Shown one piece after another: positions 11,010 through 22,639 of a stretch of 64,000 nucleotides of DNA. The notes under the pieces were generated by a model. The model was not told where the DNA came from and did no database searches. It was given only the letters and a program-made list of their open reading frames with translations. This DNA is from an uncultured Planctomycetaceae bacterium (lineage in GTDB: Bacteria > Planctomycetota > Planctomycetia > Planctomycetales > Planctomycetaceae). The position numbers and the translations under genes were made by a program. Within the stretch, counting starts at the first letter, position 1; every line of letters begins with the position of its first letter. The DNA is taken from the NCBI GenBank assembly GCA_963813715.1, contig CAWFAK010000002.1, positions 64,001 through 128,000 of the forward strand. Direction: 5' to 3'.

Positions 11010-12434
11010 GTGCTGCGAAAAGTTTTGCGTTATCTGACCTACCCAGTGTTGGTGGGCATCATTGTCGCGGCGGTGTGGTACTCGATCGTCAATTTTCCGG
11101 CAGACAAACCACGCGCTTCCGGAGGTGTTTACGGTAACCAGCAGGTGCCCAAGGAAGCTTGGAAGCCTTCCTCGAAATTCGACGCGGAAGCCAATGCGGG
11201 TTTCACTGTCGACACCGCTCAAAAGGACAACGCTCCGTTGGCCGGCAAAAGCGTGGGAGCCGACTGGCCGCAATTCAACGGGCCGCATCGCGACAACAAG
11301 TCGCTGGAAAAAGATTTGTCTCCGCGTTGGCCCAAAGAGGGACCCAAGCTCGCCTGGACGAGTCACGGAATCGGCAACGGTTTTTCGAGCGTCGCGGTCG
11401 TCCAGGGCGTTGTCTACACGATGGGGAATAAAGGGACCAGCGAAACAGTGATCGCGCTCGATGCCGGCACGGGGGAAAAGATCTGGAGCACGCCGGTTTC
11501 ATGGGCCTCGCATCCATCGGCCGGAGACGGCCCGCGGAGTACGCCCAGCGTGGGCCAGGGCTCGGTTTTCGCCCTGGGGGGAAACGGCGATCTGACGTGC
11601 CTCGACGCGAAGTCCGGAACCATCCGCTGGCGACAGAACATCATGAAGGAGTTTGGAGGCGACATTCCGGGTTGGGGGGTCTGCGAGTCGGTCCTCCTCG
11701 ACCAGAACCGGTTGATTTGCACGCCCGGTGGTAGCAAGGCCACTCTCGTTGCGCTCAACCCGGAAAATGGAGAAGTCATTTGGAAGGCGCTTGTGCCGCA
11801 GAAGGATCGCGCCGGCTATGCCTCACCGGTGGTCGCCGAGGTCGGCGGCCTGCGGCAGTACGTGCAGTTCACGAACAGCGGGACGGTCGGCCTGCGGGCC
11901 GACAGCGGCGACTTTTTGTGGCGGGACGACAGCGCGTCGAACGGAACGGCCAATTGCTCGTCTCCCCTGGTGGCCGGGGATTTTGTTTTCACCTCGTCCA
12001 ACTATGGAACGGGTGGCTCCCTTGTGAAGCTGGTCGCAAATCCCTCCGGCGTGAAAGCGGAACGCGTTTATCACACGCAGCGCATGTCGGTTCATCACGG
12101 CGACATGGTGATCGTCAACGGTTTGGTCTTCGGCGCCAGCGATCCCGGAATTCTCACGTGCCTCGATCTGGCGACCGGCAAGGTGAAGTGGGCGAGCCGC
12201 GCGGCCGGAAAAGGTTCGATCACCTACGCGGACGGACGGCTCTATCTCCGCACGGAGCAGGGAACGATGATCCTCGTGGAGGCCACGGGGGACGTCTACC
12301 ACGAACTTGGCCGGTTCGAGCAGCCGAATCGCGCCGCGAGCTCCGCGTGGGCACATCCGGTGGTGGCCGCCGGCCGACTCTTCCTTCGCGACCAGGATCT
12401 GCTCGTCTGCTACGATCTAAAAGGTTCGAAATAG
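11010..12434 (+). CDS. PQQ-binding-like beta-propeller protein (BamB-like), membrane-anchored
   Basis: DWPQFNGPHRD, GNGFSSVAV, repeated ALDAGTGEKIW / CLDAKSGTIRW / CLDLATGKVKW blades, WAHPVVAAGRLFLRD. GTG start after GGAG. Confidence 0.9.
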   Translation: MLRKVLRYLTYPVLVGIIVAAVWYSIVNFPADKPRASGGVYGNQQVPKEAWKPSSKFDAEANAGFTVDTAQKDNAPLAGKSVGADWPQFNGPHRDNKSLEKDLSPRWPKEGPKLAWTSHGIGNGFSSVAVVQGVVYTMGNKGTSETVIALDAGTGEKIWSTPVSWASHPSAGDGPRSTPSVGQGSVFALGGNGDLTCLDAKSGTIRWRQNIMKEFGGDIPGWGVCESVLLDQNRLICTPGGSKATLVALNPENGEVIWKALVPQKDRAGYASPVVAEVGGLRQYVQFTNSGTVGLRADSGDFLWRDDSASNGTANCSSPLVAGDFVFTSSNYGTGGSLVKLVANPSGVKAERVYHTQRMSVHHGDMVIVNGLVFGASDPGILTCLDLATGKVKWASRAAGKGSITYADGRLYLRTEQGTMILVEATGDVYHELGRFEQPNRAASSAWAHPVVAAGRLFLRDQDLLVCYDLKGSK

Positions 12435-12595
12435 CGAGGGGCGCTCTCTGTCGCCGCGTTCGTTGATTGCTTTACGAACCTGCGTTACGCTTTCGCGTGT
12501 TCGGCCTCGAGCGAGATCCCGCACTTCGAGTTGGATCTTCCCGAGATTGCTGACGGCTCGACCGTGCATGCGCCGTCGCGCGGCGTAGAAGCGCC

Positions 12596-15500
12596 TCAGG
12601 GAAGAGTTCTGGCCGGGCGGAAACCGAAATTGTAGCCATGCTCGGACGGTGCGGCGTCGCTGCGGTGTGATGGAATGGAGCAAATCCGGGCGATCGTTGA
12701 ACGCACCGCCGCGCAACACACGGTTTGAATCGGACTTGATCGTTTCGCTCTCGCTGCTGGCTCTTTTGGCATTTCGCTGCCACCGATCCTGACACCACTC
12801 GGCAACGTTCCCGTACATGTCGAACACGCCCAGAGCGTTCGGCCTCAAGCTGCCAATCGGCCAGGTTCGGCTGTGTGAGTTGTCCTGATACCAGCCATAC
12901 CGCTGCAATAATTCCAGCGACTCTCCGAACGAAAAACTGGTGTCGGTATTCGCCCGACAGACGTCTTCCCACTCGGTGTCGGTTGGCAGGCGATACCCCT
13001 TGCGTTGCACAAAGTTCGCTGGCGTTTTCATGCCTGCTGCGTAATCCCCCTTTTCGTTTGGCTCGTAGCACCACTCTTCCTTGGGAATGCCCTCCTGGCG
13101 GCTGAGCCAGTTGCAGTAGGCTGCTGCGGCAAACCATGTGACGGTTGTTGCCGGGCAATCGGGTTCGGGGGCATAGCGTCGAATTTGCACGTAGCTGGCG
13201 GTGAACGTCATGAATTGCGCCACGGTCACTTCGTGGGTCGCTATTGCGAACCGGTAGGCGCTGGCGGCTCTGTTCGGCCGTCGTTTGCCGCCCATCAGAG
13301 AATGTTTGTCGCCCACCAGAGAATCCATCGGGCCATTAACCAGGACGAAGGTCTGGCCTTGTGAGTTGATGAACCAACGCCGGTTTGTTCCGCTGTCTTT
13401 CGCCGCCGTCTTCTCGAACGCTGCCTTCTCGAACGCTGCCTTCCGCAGCTCGGCGTCGAGACGGGTGACCGTGTCGACTGCTTCGTATTGCGCGAGCGTC
13501 CATCCGGCCGCCGAGTGGACGCCGGGGTCAGGATCGTTCCGGTAAAAGGCCGACAACTGATTGACTAACGTCCGCCGCTCCTGCTCGGAGAGCTTGCCTG
13601 CGTCGAATTCACCCAGGGCAAGAATCAAAGCCTGCCGAATCGAAGGATCCGATTCCTGCTCCAGGCGATCGAAGAGAATTCTGTAATCGGCTCCCAAACG
13701 AGCCAGTCGGTCGACAATGAAACTCCGCAGCGACGGATTTTCACTGTACTTAAGCAGCGGCCAGACGCGCTCTTGTTCGCTAAAGCCCAAGAGGCAGACA
13801 GCGGCGTTGGCTTGTTTCTTCCACAACCCGTCTCGGACAGTCGCTTCAGCGCCGGAAGGCGGGGACTGACTCAAGATCTGGCGGCACTCATCGACGCACG
13901 CACTGCGATGCGCACTGAGGGCCTGCAGGAACGGCAGAAACTCCCGGTCGTTATCCGCCAGCAGGATCAGATCCGTGAGCTTCTTCGGCTGGTCTGCCAA
14001 GAAATCGGCGATCGCTAAGGCTGCCAACGGCCGTTCTGCGTCCCGAACGGGTCTGCGATCTCGGTAGCGAGCCTCAAGTGGCTCGACGAGCTGCGTGCCG
14101 ACGGGTCGCAGCATGATGATCCACAGATTGGATTCTGTCGGATCGACCGACACCAGAGCCGTGACGACGTCCGAGCGGACCTTTGGCCATTCCGTATTCT
14201 CCGGGTCATAAGCCGCCAGAGCCGCCGCAGCATGCAGGCGCGCGCTGCTTGTTCCCTTCTTGACCGCCTCCCACAGCCGTTGTTGCACACGGCTTTTATG
14301 CGGCTCCATCAACTTGATGATCACCGGGACTTCCTCGACCTGTACCTGGGCACGAGTAAGTGCTCCGACAGGTAATCGGCTTGCGACGGATCGTACGCAA
14401 GCAGGGCGAGGCTGGCATGCAGCTTCTGCTTGCGGCTGAACTCTTTGCCGTCGACGACGTTCCTCAACAGGGGAACGGCTCGCTGGCGGTAGTTGTCGAC
14501 GTCGCCGACGAGATCAAGGACGTTGGCGGTCTTGACGCCCAAGAGCGTTTGCACCAGGACCCGGGCGTTTCGATCTTGATACCGTGCGTTGACGGCGAAT
14601 CCCACCGCAATCACCGCGACGATCGCCAGGCAAATCAGGCCCGATCGAGTGCCGTGCACGCGCCCGGCCTTGCCCATCATGTTTCGTTCCGACGAGGCCC
14701 ATCTTTTTCTGTCGGTCAGCAAACGGATGTTGAGAAACTCCCAGAGCGACGGCAGATGGCGGTTCTCTCGCTTCTGACTCCACAACGCCGCGCGATCGGC
14801 CAGTCGCAACTCGGCCCGACCCTGCCGAGTCTCCCTTTGCTTGCGAGTGAGCCAGTCCCGCAGCGAATGAACCAAATAGTCGTGAGTGAGTTGGTAATGC
14901 TTCTGGCCAACCTCGATGGCGGCCTTCGTCTCATCGGCCGCTTCAGTTCCCTCTGGGTCGGTTGGGGTGATGAACCGGATTTCACTGTCCAAAATCCGCA
15001 ACAGATCTTCGAACTCCCTGGGATGACTGCCGTAGCCGGACGTTTCCAGGAGTTCCTGATACGAACGCATGTTGCCTTTGATGTCAGTGCCGGATTCAGG
15101 CAACAGGGCCTTGAGCGTCGCGCGAGCCGCTTTCTGGTGCAGACGATGCTCGGGAGATGCGGTCGACGCGCTGAACGTCTCCTCGAGGAACGTGACTCCC
15201 ACGCCTTGGGTGCCGCCGACCTCAACAAGCGTGGAGGGCGTCCACGGCTTGCCCTTCATCATTTCGGCGAAGAGGGCCAGGCGGACGCAAACGATTTTGC
15301 CATCTTCAGCCAGGCCGGTTACGGCCTGCCTTAAGAAGGTGTTGGCCTCGGTTGTCGAGTCACTCTCCTTTTCCGGGAGACGGGCGAAAGCTCGCCCGAA
15401 GGCACGCAAGATCTTCTGCGCGTGATCGACATCGACGAGATCGACCAAGCCGAGGTTACGTCCTTCGACCAAAGGGACTTCCAACTCGCGCATAAACCGG

Positions 15501-17086
15501 CTGACCCCGAGCCAGAAGTCATCGCGGACCATCACGATGCACTGGGCCCGTCCGCCATCACACTGCCGGACCGCCTGGACCAACTCGGTGTTCTCTTCCT
15601 TGCCTTTGCTGTGGAGCCATTGCTCGAACTGGTCCAGGACGATCAGCACCTTCGTGCCGTGGGGAAGGTCTTGTCCGCGTCGCAGCGCCGCCAGCGTTTC
15701 TTTCAGGTCCAGATCGACGGGCAACGCCGGACAGCGTTTGCGTAGTCCGTGCAGCAACCTGGTTTCGGTCTCAAGGGCGGTTGACTCGACGTAGACCGGT
15801 ACGACATGCTCGCCCAGTCGAGGGAGCAGGCCCGCCTTGACCAGCGAGGATTTGCCACACCCCGATGAACCGTAGATCAGGCCGACGCGGAACGTCTCGT
15901 CCGGATCGGTCTGTTCGATCCGGTTCTTCCAGAAGCGGATGCTGTCAGGCAGGCCGTCCCGGTCCCGCGGGCCAGGAAGCAGTTCCAGGAAAAAGTCAGC
16001 ATCCTGTGCATCGAAAGATCGCAACCCTTTGGGCACGATCTTGATCGTCCGGCCGTCGGAGGAGGGGGTTCTCGCGGCCTCGCGGCGTTCAACTGGTGTC
16101 GCTTTGGTCGCTTGCTCGATGGCACCCTGTGGCAGCAGATCGAGAAAGTGCCGCAGATCGTCGGAAAAGTCCTTAGCCGTCGTGTAACGGTCGGTGGCCC
16201 GTTTCGACACGGCCTTCAGGCAAATCCGCTCGAGTTCCTTGGGAATGGAATCGTTGGTCTGCCTGGGGGGCTTTGCCTCTTTGCTGGTGATCAAGAAGAG
16301 GGATGTTGACCTATTCGACGCTCGGAAAGGATTCGCACCCGTGAGCAGTTCGTAGAAGACCACGCCCAGGCTGAAGACGTCGGATCGTCCATCAACAAGA
16401 TGTCCTTCCCCGCGAGCCTGCTCTGGGCTCATGTACGTCGGCGTTCCGACAAGTTCATCCTGTGAGCCTTTGCCAAAGTCCTCGTCGCGAAGGGCGAGCC
16501 CAAAATCAGCGACGTAGGGCTTCGCCTTGTCATCAATCAGGATGTTTTCCGGTTTGATGTCTCGGTGGACTAATCCCTTCGTGTGAGCATAGTGAAGCGC
16601 TTCGGCAACGGTGGCGACAAGTTGCGCCGACTCGGCAGCAGGCAACCGATTGTCCCGGGTTCGGTGCCGCAGATCAGACCCTTCGATAAACTTCGACACG
16701 ACGAAGCACAGGCCGTCCTTTGTCCGCCCCACGTCATGAACGGGAACGATGTTGGGGTGGTCCAGACGAGCGAGAATGCGGGCCTCGGTCAGATACGCCT
16801 CGGCATCCGCAATTCGCTCGGGATGCGGAACCTTGACGGCGACACGACGCTCTAAGTCTTCGTCATAGCCCAGGTACACCGTGGCAAAACCACCGCAGCC
16901 AAGGACTCGCTCAATTCGGTAACGCCCAATCCGGTCGGGAACGGGGACCGCCTCAAAGACCGGGGACGCGCCATCGCTCCGGGGAGGAATCGTGGTGCTC
17001 TGGGCGATCCACGGTTTCGTCAATTCCGGCGGTTGGAACTTCGTCCCAAGAGGCTCGTTCGAAGTGGGATCGCGAGGGGAATCCAT
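12596..17086 (-). CDS. Ser/Thr protein kinase - nSTAND-type P-loop NTPase - TM - helical repeat - FGE-sulfatase (SUMF1) fusion (frameshifts near 14330 and 12670)
   Basis: LGCGGFATVY, VAVK, HRDIKPEN, DFG, GTPTYMSPEQ; Walker A GSSGCGKSS and Walker B VLIVLDQFEQ; LTHDYL; TM GLICLAIVAVIAVGFAV; FGE motifs HEVTVAQF, YRLPTDTEWE, PNALGVFDMYGNVAEWCQD, RVLRGG; terminal GFRPARTLP in the frame ending at 12596. Confidence 0.88.
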
Positions 17087-17287
17087 TGCGCGCCGGGCCC
17101 GTAAGTGACGCGTCTATCCGACGATTCGGCAGCCACATTCTGGCCCGCCCCAATGGGTCATGCAAGATGCGGAGCTGGGACGGGTGTTTTCCGGAATCAG
17201 GCCGGTAGTGGAGAAGACAGACCAAAAAAGGTCTGTCGCCTTTGGTCCAGGCTTCCAACGGGAGACTCAAAAAATGCCCCAGAATCA

Positions 17288-17330
17288 TTGACCGGTCATC
17301 ATCTACCATGGTAGATCTATTGCGGTAGTC
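17288..17330 (+). promoter_or_regulatory. Putative BlaI operator(s) overlapping the blaI-blaR promoter
   Basis: Perfect 16-bp palindrome ATCTACCATGGTAGAT (17301-17316), an imperfect second copy ATCTATTGCGGTAGTC (17315-17330), and a TTGACC -35-like hexamer at 17288-17293. Confidence 0.7.
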
Positions 17331-17372
17331 GACACAGGGACTGCCGTCTTTGAACCGCCGGGAGGAACCAGT

Positions 17373-17765
17373 ATGTCCCGCGTCCGCATGGGCAAGGTTC
17401 AACTGAGGATAATGCGTGTGCTCTGGGATCGCGGCCGGGCCAGCGCTCGCGAAATCACCGAACTCCTCAACCAGGACGAGCCGATCGCCCACAGCACCGT
17501 GCAGACGCTGCTTCGAAAGCTCGAAACCAAGGGGGCCGTCGGGCACGACGCGGCCGAGCGCACGTTTGTCTTCTTTCCCCGCGTCGCCGAGGAAAACGTG
17601 CGCCGGGGCGCGACGCATGATCTCGTCGAGCGCGTCTTCGGCGGTTCTCCCGCGCAACTGATGTCGTACCTGCTGAAGAACGAGCGGGTCTCGAAGAAGG
17701 AACTGGAAGAAATTCGTCGCCTGATCGAGGAGCGGGCCCAAGAGCCAAAGAGGGGCAAGCGATGA
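17373..17765 (+). CDS. BlaI/MecI/CopY family transcriptional repressor
   Basis: QLRIMRVLW..G.ASAREI, IAHSTVQTLLRKLETKGAV, LVERVFGGSPAQLMSYLL, ELEEIRRLI; GGAGG RBS. Confidence 0.95.
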   Translation: MSRVRMGKVQLRIMRVLWDRGRASAREITELLNQDEPIAHSTVQTLLRKLETKGAVGHDAAERTFVFFPRVAEENVRRGATHDLVERVFGGSPAQLMSYLLKNERVSKKELEEIRRLIEERAQEPKRGKR

Positions 17766-20700
17766 ACTCCACACAATTCACGGCCGACGTCAACACGCTG
17801 ACATCGTTCGGCGCGGCACTCGCCGCCTTCGTCCTGATCCAGACCACGGCCGTTCTCGCCATTGGACTCCTGTTCGCGCGAACCTTTCATCGCCGCGGGG
17901 CAGCCGTACGGTCCGCTTGGTACCGGATCATCCTGGCTGCGGCGATGCTCACACCATGTGCGTGCGCTCTGGTCGGACCGGCCGTCGCGCGGGTTCACAT
18001 CCCAATCCCCTTTCTCAATCGGCCCGTCCACATCGCGGGCGATCCAATCGTCGCCACGGCGCCGCTCGTGGATCGGCCATCGCCATTGGCCGAAGACCCG
18101 TCGACAAACTCGCTGATTCCGCGCGAACGGCCGCCGGTCGTACCGCCTCAACCCGCGGTTTTCCCGGCCGCCGCATCGGACCGACTCATTCACGCCGACC
18201 AACCTGTGCGGCCCGCACCACCGCCATCCGCACCGGGCTCATCGTGGTTCAACTTTGGGGTTGTCGCGTTTTACATGCTGTGGCTCTTGGTGTCGGCATT
18301 GCTGATTGCGCGACTGAGCCGTTCGATCCTCGGAGCAATGCGCCTCATCCGCACCGCCGCGGATCCGGAGCCGCAGGATGCCGCCCGTCTCCGGCAGCTC
18401 GCGGTCGAGCTACGCGTGCGCGCTCCGGATCTCAAGCGCAGCCCGTTCGTGACGGGCGCGTGCGTATTCGGTTGCCGACGCCCTGTGATCCTGCTATCCG
18501 AGACGGATTTCGGAATCGGTGATGACGTCCTGGTTCACGAGCTGGCGCACGTCGCGCGACACGATTGCATCTGGCAGCTGATGGCCGAATGTGCCGTGGC
18601 GATGCTCTGGTTTCAGCCTCTGTTGTGGCGTTTAAAAAGCCGGATGGAGGAATGCGCGGAGGAAGTCTGCGACGACTACGTTCTGCAATTCGGGGCCGAC
18701 CGCTGCGGTTATGCCGATCAACTGACCCGGATTGCCGAGCGTTTTGTGCCGCTGGCAACGCAAGTCGGGATCGGAGTGGTCTCCCTCCGTTCTTCCCTCC
18801 GCCACCGCGTGACACGCATTCTCGACTCCTCGCGTCGATTGCAAACGCGGGCGGGACGGAAAACCATCGCGGGCCTATTGTCCGGGGCGGTTGCCGTGGT
18901 TCTGGCAGCCAGCTTGATTGATGTCGGTCGCCAACCCGATCGCGCTGCAGGTGCCGCGACCGACGTGGTGCTGAGGCCCCCAGCGACTGATCAACCCAAG
19001 TTGACACCCGCGAAGGAAGAACACGGTGACGTCGTCACCGTTCGCGGGCAGGTGTTGACCGCCGAGGGTCGGCCAGCGGTGGGAGCGAAGGTCTCGGCGA
19101 TTTGGGACGTGCAGACGTGGGACGTGTGGTATCGACCGATCGCGACAGTGAACACGGGGCCGAATGGTCTGTTCGAGCTTGTCTTTCGAAAATCGCAATT
19201 CGGCAAGAGCCCTAACCGCATCGATGAGTGGCAACAAACAGTGATCGAGGTCCAGGCCGACGGCTGCTGCTTCGAATGGATTTACTGGCCCAAAATCGAT
19301 GCAACGAGACCGCTCGTGTTCAAACTTTCGCCTGATTTTCCGATCCATGGACGTGTGGTTGACCTGCAAGGGCAGCCGGTGGCCGGCGTGGCGGTTTGTC
19401 TCCTTTCTGTGAGTGAATCGCGCAACGCAAGCCTCGATTCCTGGCTCAAACGATTCAAAGGGGATAGCCCGTCCGGAGCGGAGTCCGCTCCAGCTATTGG
19501 CCGTAGGCGGCCGCCGCGCGATCGCACTGACCCGTGGGCCGTCACGAATCAAGAGGGCCGTTTCGTGATCCGAGGAATCCACGCCGAGCGCTTCGTCACC
19601 GCGGTGCTGCGAGGGGACTCGATCGCGTATGAGGAACTCTCGATCGTGACCAAGAACACGCCGCCAGTCGTCCGCGGTCCGTCCGATTTCGAGCGTCTGA
19701 TCGACAAGGTCTACGGGGCTGACTTCACCCATCCCGCCGCACCCGGCCGATCGATCGTCGGTACGGTCCATGACGCCGCCACGGGCAAGCCGCTGCCCGG
19801 GGTCGCCGTCGAGGCATGGCGAATTGCCGGCTCGAATCGAGAGGGTTTCGGAGAGCCAAGAGTTTTGACCGACGCAAACGGGCAATACCGGCTCATCGGC
19901 ATCCCCAATGGGAAAGGCAATGAACTGTTGCTGCGGCCGAGCGATGATCAGCCCTACCTCAAGCGACAAGTGGACGTCCCCGCGTCACCGGGATTTGAAG
20001 CGATCAAATTTGACATTCCACTGCACCGCGGGCTGTGGATCACCGGACGAGCCACCAACAAGGTCACCGGTAAACCCGTCGCGGCGCGGCTGTACTATCT
20101 TCCATTTCGCGACAACTCATTCGCACGTCAGCTCCCCGAATTTCGCAGCCGCTCGGTGGACGGAGAAGATCGTCCGACTTGGACCTGGGAAGACGGCACG
20201 TTTCGGATTGTCGGGCTGCCCGGACGGGCAATCGTCGGCGGATGGACTGCGTCCGCCGAACACTACCGCGGGCGTCGGCGCCTCCGAAATTCAAGGGATT
20301 AACAAGAACGGCTGGTTTCCGACTTACGGCTATTTCCAGGCCGGAAGCAAATGGCCCGACGTGCTCAAAGAGATCAATCCGCGAAGGAGTCGAAGAAGTC
20401 CGTTGCGACCTCGTCTTTGACCCTGGTGAGACGATCCACGTCTCGCTGATCGACCGCAACGGCAAGCCGGTGAGCGGCTCGAATGTCGTCGGCGGATGGA
20501 CCGCCCCGAGCGACGACGCACTCCCCAAGCCGTCGACGTTCGCCATCGTCAATCTGGCGCCCGGGCGAGAAACGGCCGATTTTGATCCGAAACGACCACT
20601 TGAACCTCGGCAAGTTTTTGCTGCTCGACCCGACCGAGAAGACGCCAAAGTCGTTGACGATTACGCTCGAGCCGTGCGCCACGATCGTCGGCCGGCTCGT

Positions 20701-20959
20701 CGATCCAGACGGCATCGGAGTCCAAGGAAGTCTGGTCGGAATGCCTCGCCCGACTGGTGACTTTTGGCCGCAGCTTCCGCCGGTTGCGAGTGAGCCTGAC
20801 GGCAAGTTCAAAGTCGCCGTTCCACCCGGCTGTCCATACGGCCTACGCGCGGATGTTCGCGGATTCCGGACCGACTTTACGAGGGATGTCACGGTAGAGC
20901 CCGGCAAGACAATCGACGTCGGCGAGGTCAAGCTCCAGAAAGAACGGCGACGGCGATGA
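17762..20959 (+). CDS. M56 (BlaR1-type) metallopeptidase sensor with C-terminal carboxypeptidase-regulatory-like beta-sandwich repeats (frameshifts at ~20270-20580)
   Basis: N-terminal TMs, VHELAHVARHD (HExxH), LWFQPLLW..EEVCDDYV, repeated 'GRVVD..G.PVAG' units. Continues in other frames to the stop at 20959. Start overlaps the blaI stop. Confidence 0.88.
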
Positions 20960-21767
20960 GTGCTGGCGACGCCCTGGACCCGGCACTTTTCGGCAATCTC
21001 CGTTGGCCGCTCCGATCGTTTCGCCGCGGGAAGGTGTTGGTCCACAAGACCTTTGGCGCCAGCGAGCGTGGGCACCTCTGTGTCATCAACTCATGCGTTT
21101 GCGCCGGCACCCGGATTCAGGGTCGCGAGAACGATCCGCTAGCGCGCAGACTCGACCTCCTGCTCGCCCTTCGGCCATTGCGTGCCCGGCGCGGTTGCGA
21201 CGAACAGCGTGCACAGTGCCGGTTCTGGAGCGGCGATGGCAAACGGCATCGGGCCGAAAAATGCGGAGTGAAAGCCGGCGCCATTTTCCCGTGACATCAG
21301 GCAGACCCAAGTGACCCGGACGTTCGAGTGTTGTCCCAACGCACGCGCCCTTATGCTTCCACCAGAATCAGTATCACCGTTTGATGGGGTTTGCAAATCG
21401 ACGTCTCCTCGCATGGTCTCGACGCCGGCGGCGTTCAGGTGCACGCGATGCCACGATAGCGCCGGGTCGTGCCACTCCAAGACCGGAGTGGCGATGGACG
21501 CCCTCACGCTCTCGGGCGTTCGCTCGAGTAAGCTGTCGAGGGTGCAAGGCGAGGATCGAAGCCGCGGTCGGCGAGGAATCTCAGAAAATTGATCTTGGAG
21601 GAATCGGATTTTTGTGGCTGAATGGAGAGAGCGGCTCTGTGAGCGAGCGTCTGGTTCGCGCGCTTCTTGGGTGTCGACGGCCGCCGTGCGCGCAGGCGTC
21701 GGAATCCGCCGCGGCGACCGCTGCCGGTCGACGCGGTTAACGAAATGTCATCCCAAGGGGGTGTGGT

Positions 21768-22548
21768 GTGGTCACCTACTTTCACCAGGTAGTTGACCAC
21801 AGAGATAGTTGACCACGGGATGCCGGCTCGGGACGGGACACGTTGTTTCACCGAGAAAGTCCCGAGAAATCTCCCCTCACGCTTGACCTGTCCAGCTCGA
21901 CTGTCTTCGAGCCTGAGACCCGAAGGGAGCTCGCCGAAGTCAGAGCCGAAGTTCCATCCGAAACGGATGGGCGAGGGGAAAGCGGGACGGGATAAGGACC
22001 GGACAGAGCCTGGCCGGTGGGTCCGGACACTTTGATTCAATAGTGAGATGACCCACAAAGTAGTTGACCCACCACCCGCTTGAGTCCAAGGTCCAAGGTC
22101 CAAAGTCACGGCGGACTGCACCGGCAGGCCCGAATGTGTCTTGGGGGGGCCCCGTGGCTGCGGGTCGCGACGGCGGGACCGGGACGGGACACGTTGTTTT
22201 ATCGAGAAAAACTCGGCGAATTGGGTCGCACGCCCGGCCTACTGTGCGGGACGGACACATCCCTTATGCCCAGGGTCCAAAGGTCCTGGACTACACCGGC
22301 GGGCGTTTCTAGATGGGCCTCGCGGGGACGGGACGGGACACTGGGACCGGGACGGGACAAGTTGTTTTATCGAGAAAATCCAGGGAAATCGGCCCTCACC
22401 CCGCCCCTCTTCGGCTCGACTGAGCTCGCCGAAGTTCAGCGGACTGGGAAAGGGTGAAGAACTAGGACGGGACACTGCGACCGGACGGGACTGGGACGGG
22501 ACACGTTGCTTTATCGAGGAAAGCCCGGAGGTCCGGTCCGGTCACTTT
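21768..22548. repeat. Non-coding composite repeat array: four ~30-36 bp direct repeats plus hairpins and short tandem repeats
   Basis: GGGACGGGACACGTTGTTTTATCGAGAAAA variants at 21830, 22181, 22349 and 22493; TAGTTGACC(A/C)C at 21790, 21806 and 22061; GTCCAAG x3 near 22084-22104; GTCCGG(A/T)CACTTT at 22021 and 22536. Confidence 0.85.
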
Positions 22549-22639
22549 CTTTGAGAGGTCGTCGACCGAAGAGAGAGGCGGCCGCAGCGGACACAGGTTG
22601 TCCGACGGAAGGTGAACTTTGGACCTCAGTCCGCCTTCG

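Noticed and set aside
12596..12730. Diversity-generating retroelement target (FGE/CLec C-terminal variable region)
   Set aside because: I found no reverse transcriptase and no adenine-variant template repeat in this window. A remote DGR cannot be excluded without a genome search.
13408..13443. Short in-frame duplications (AAFEK x2 here; SKDS-like units near 61980-62070; SADxN units near 23335-23390)
   Set aside because: Slippage in linker regions with no evidence of function.
20960..21760. Short ORFs after the M56 gene (e.g. 20956..21294 +, 21139..21507 -)
   Set aside because: No recognisable motifs, RBS or coding-like composition; treated as non-coding or unresolved.
21830..22522. CRISPR array interpretation of the four ~30-36 bp repeats
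   Set aside because: Periods are 351, 168 and 144 bp, the intervening sequences resemble each other, and there are no cas genes in the window.
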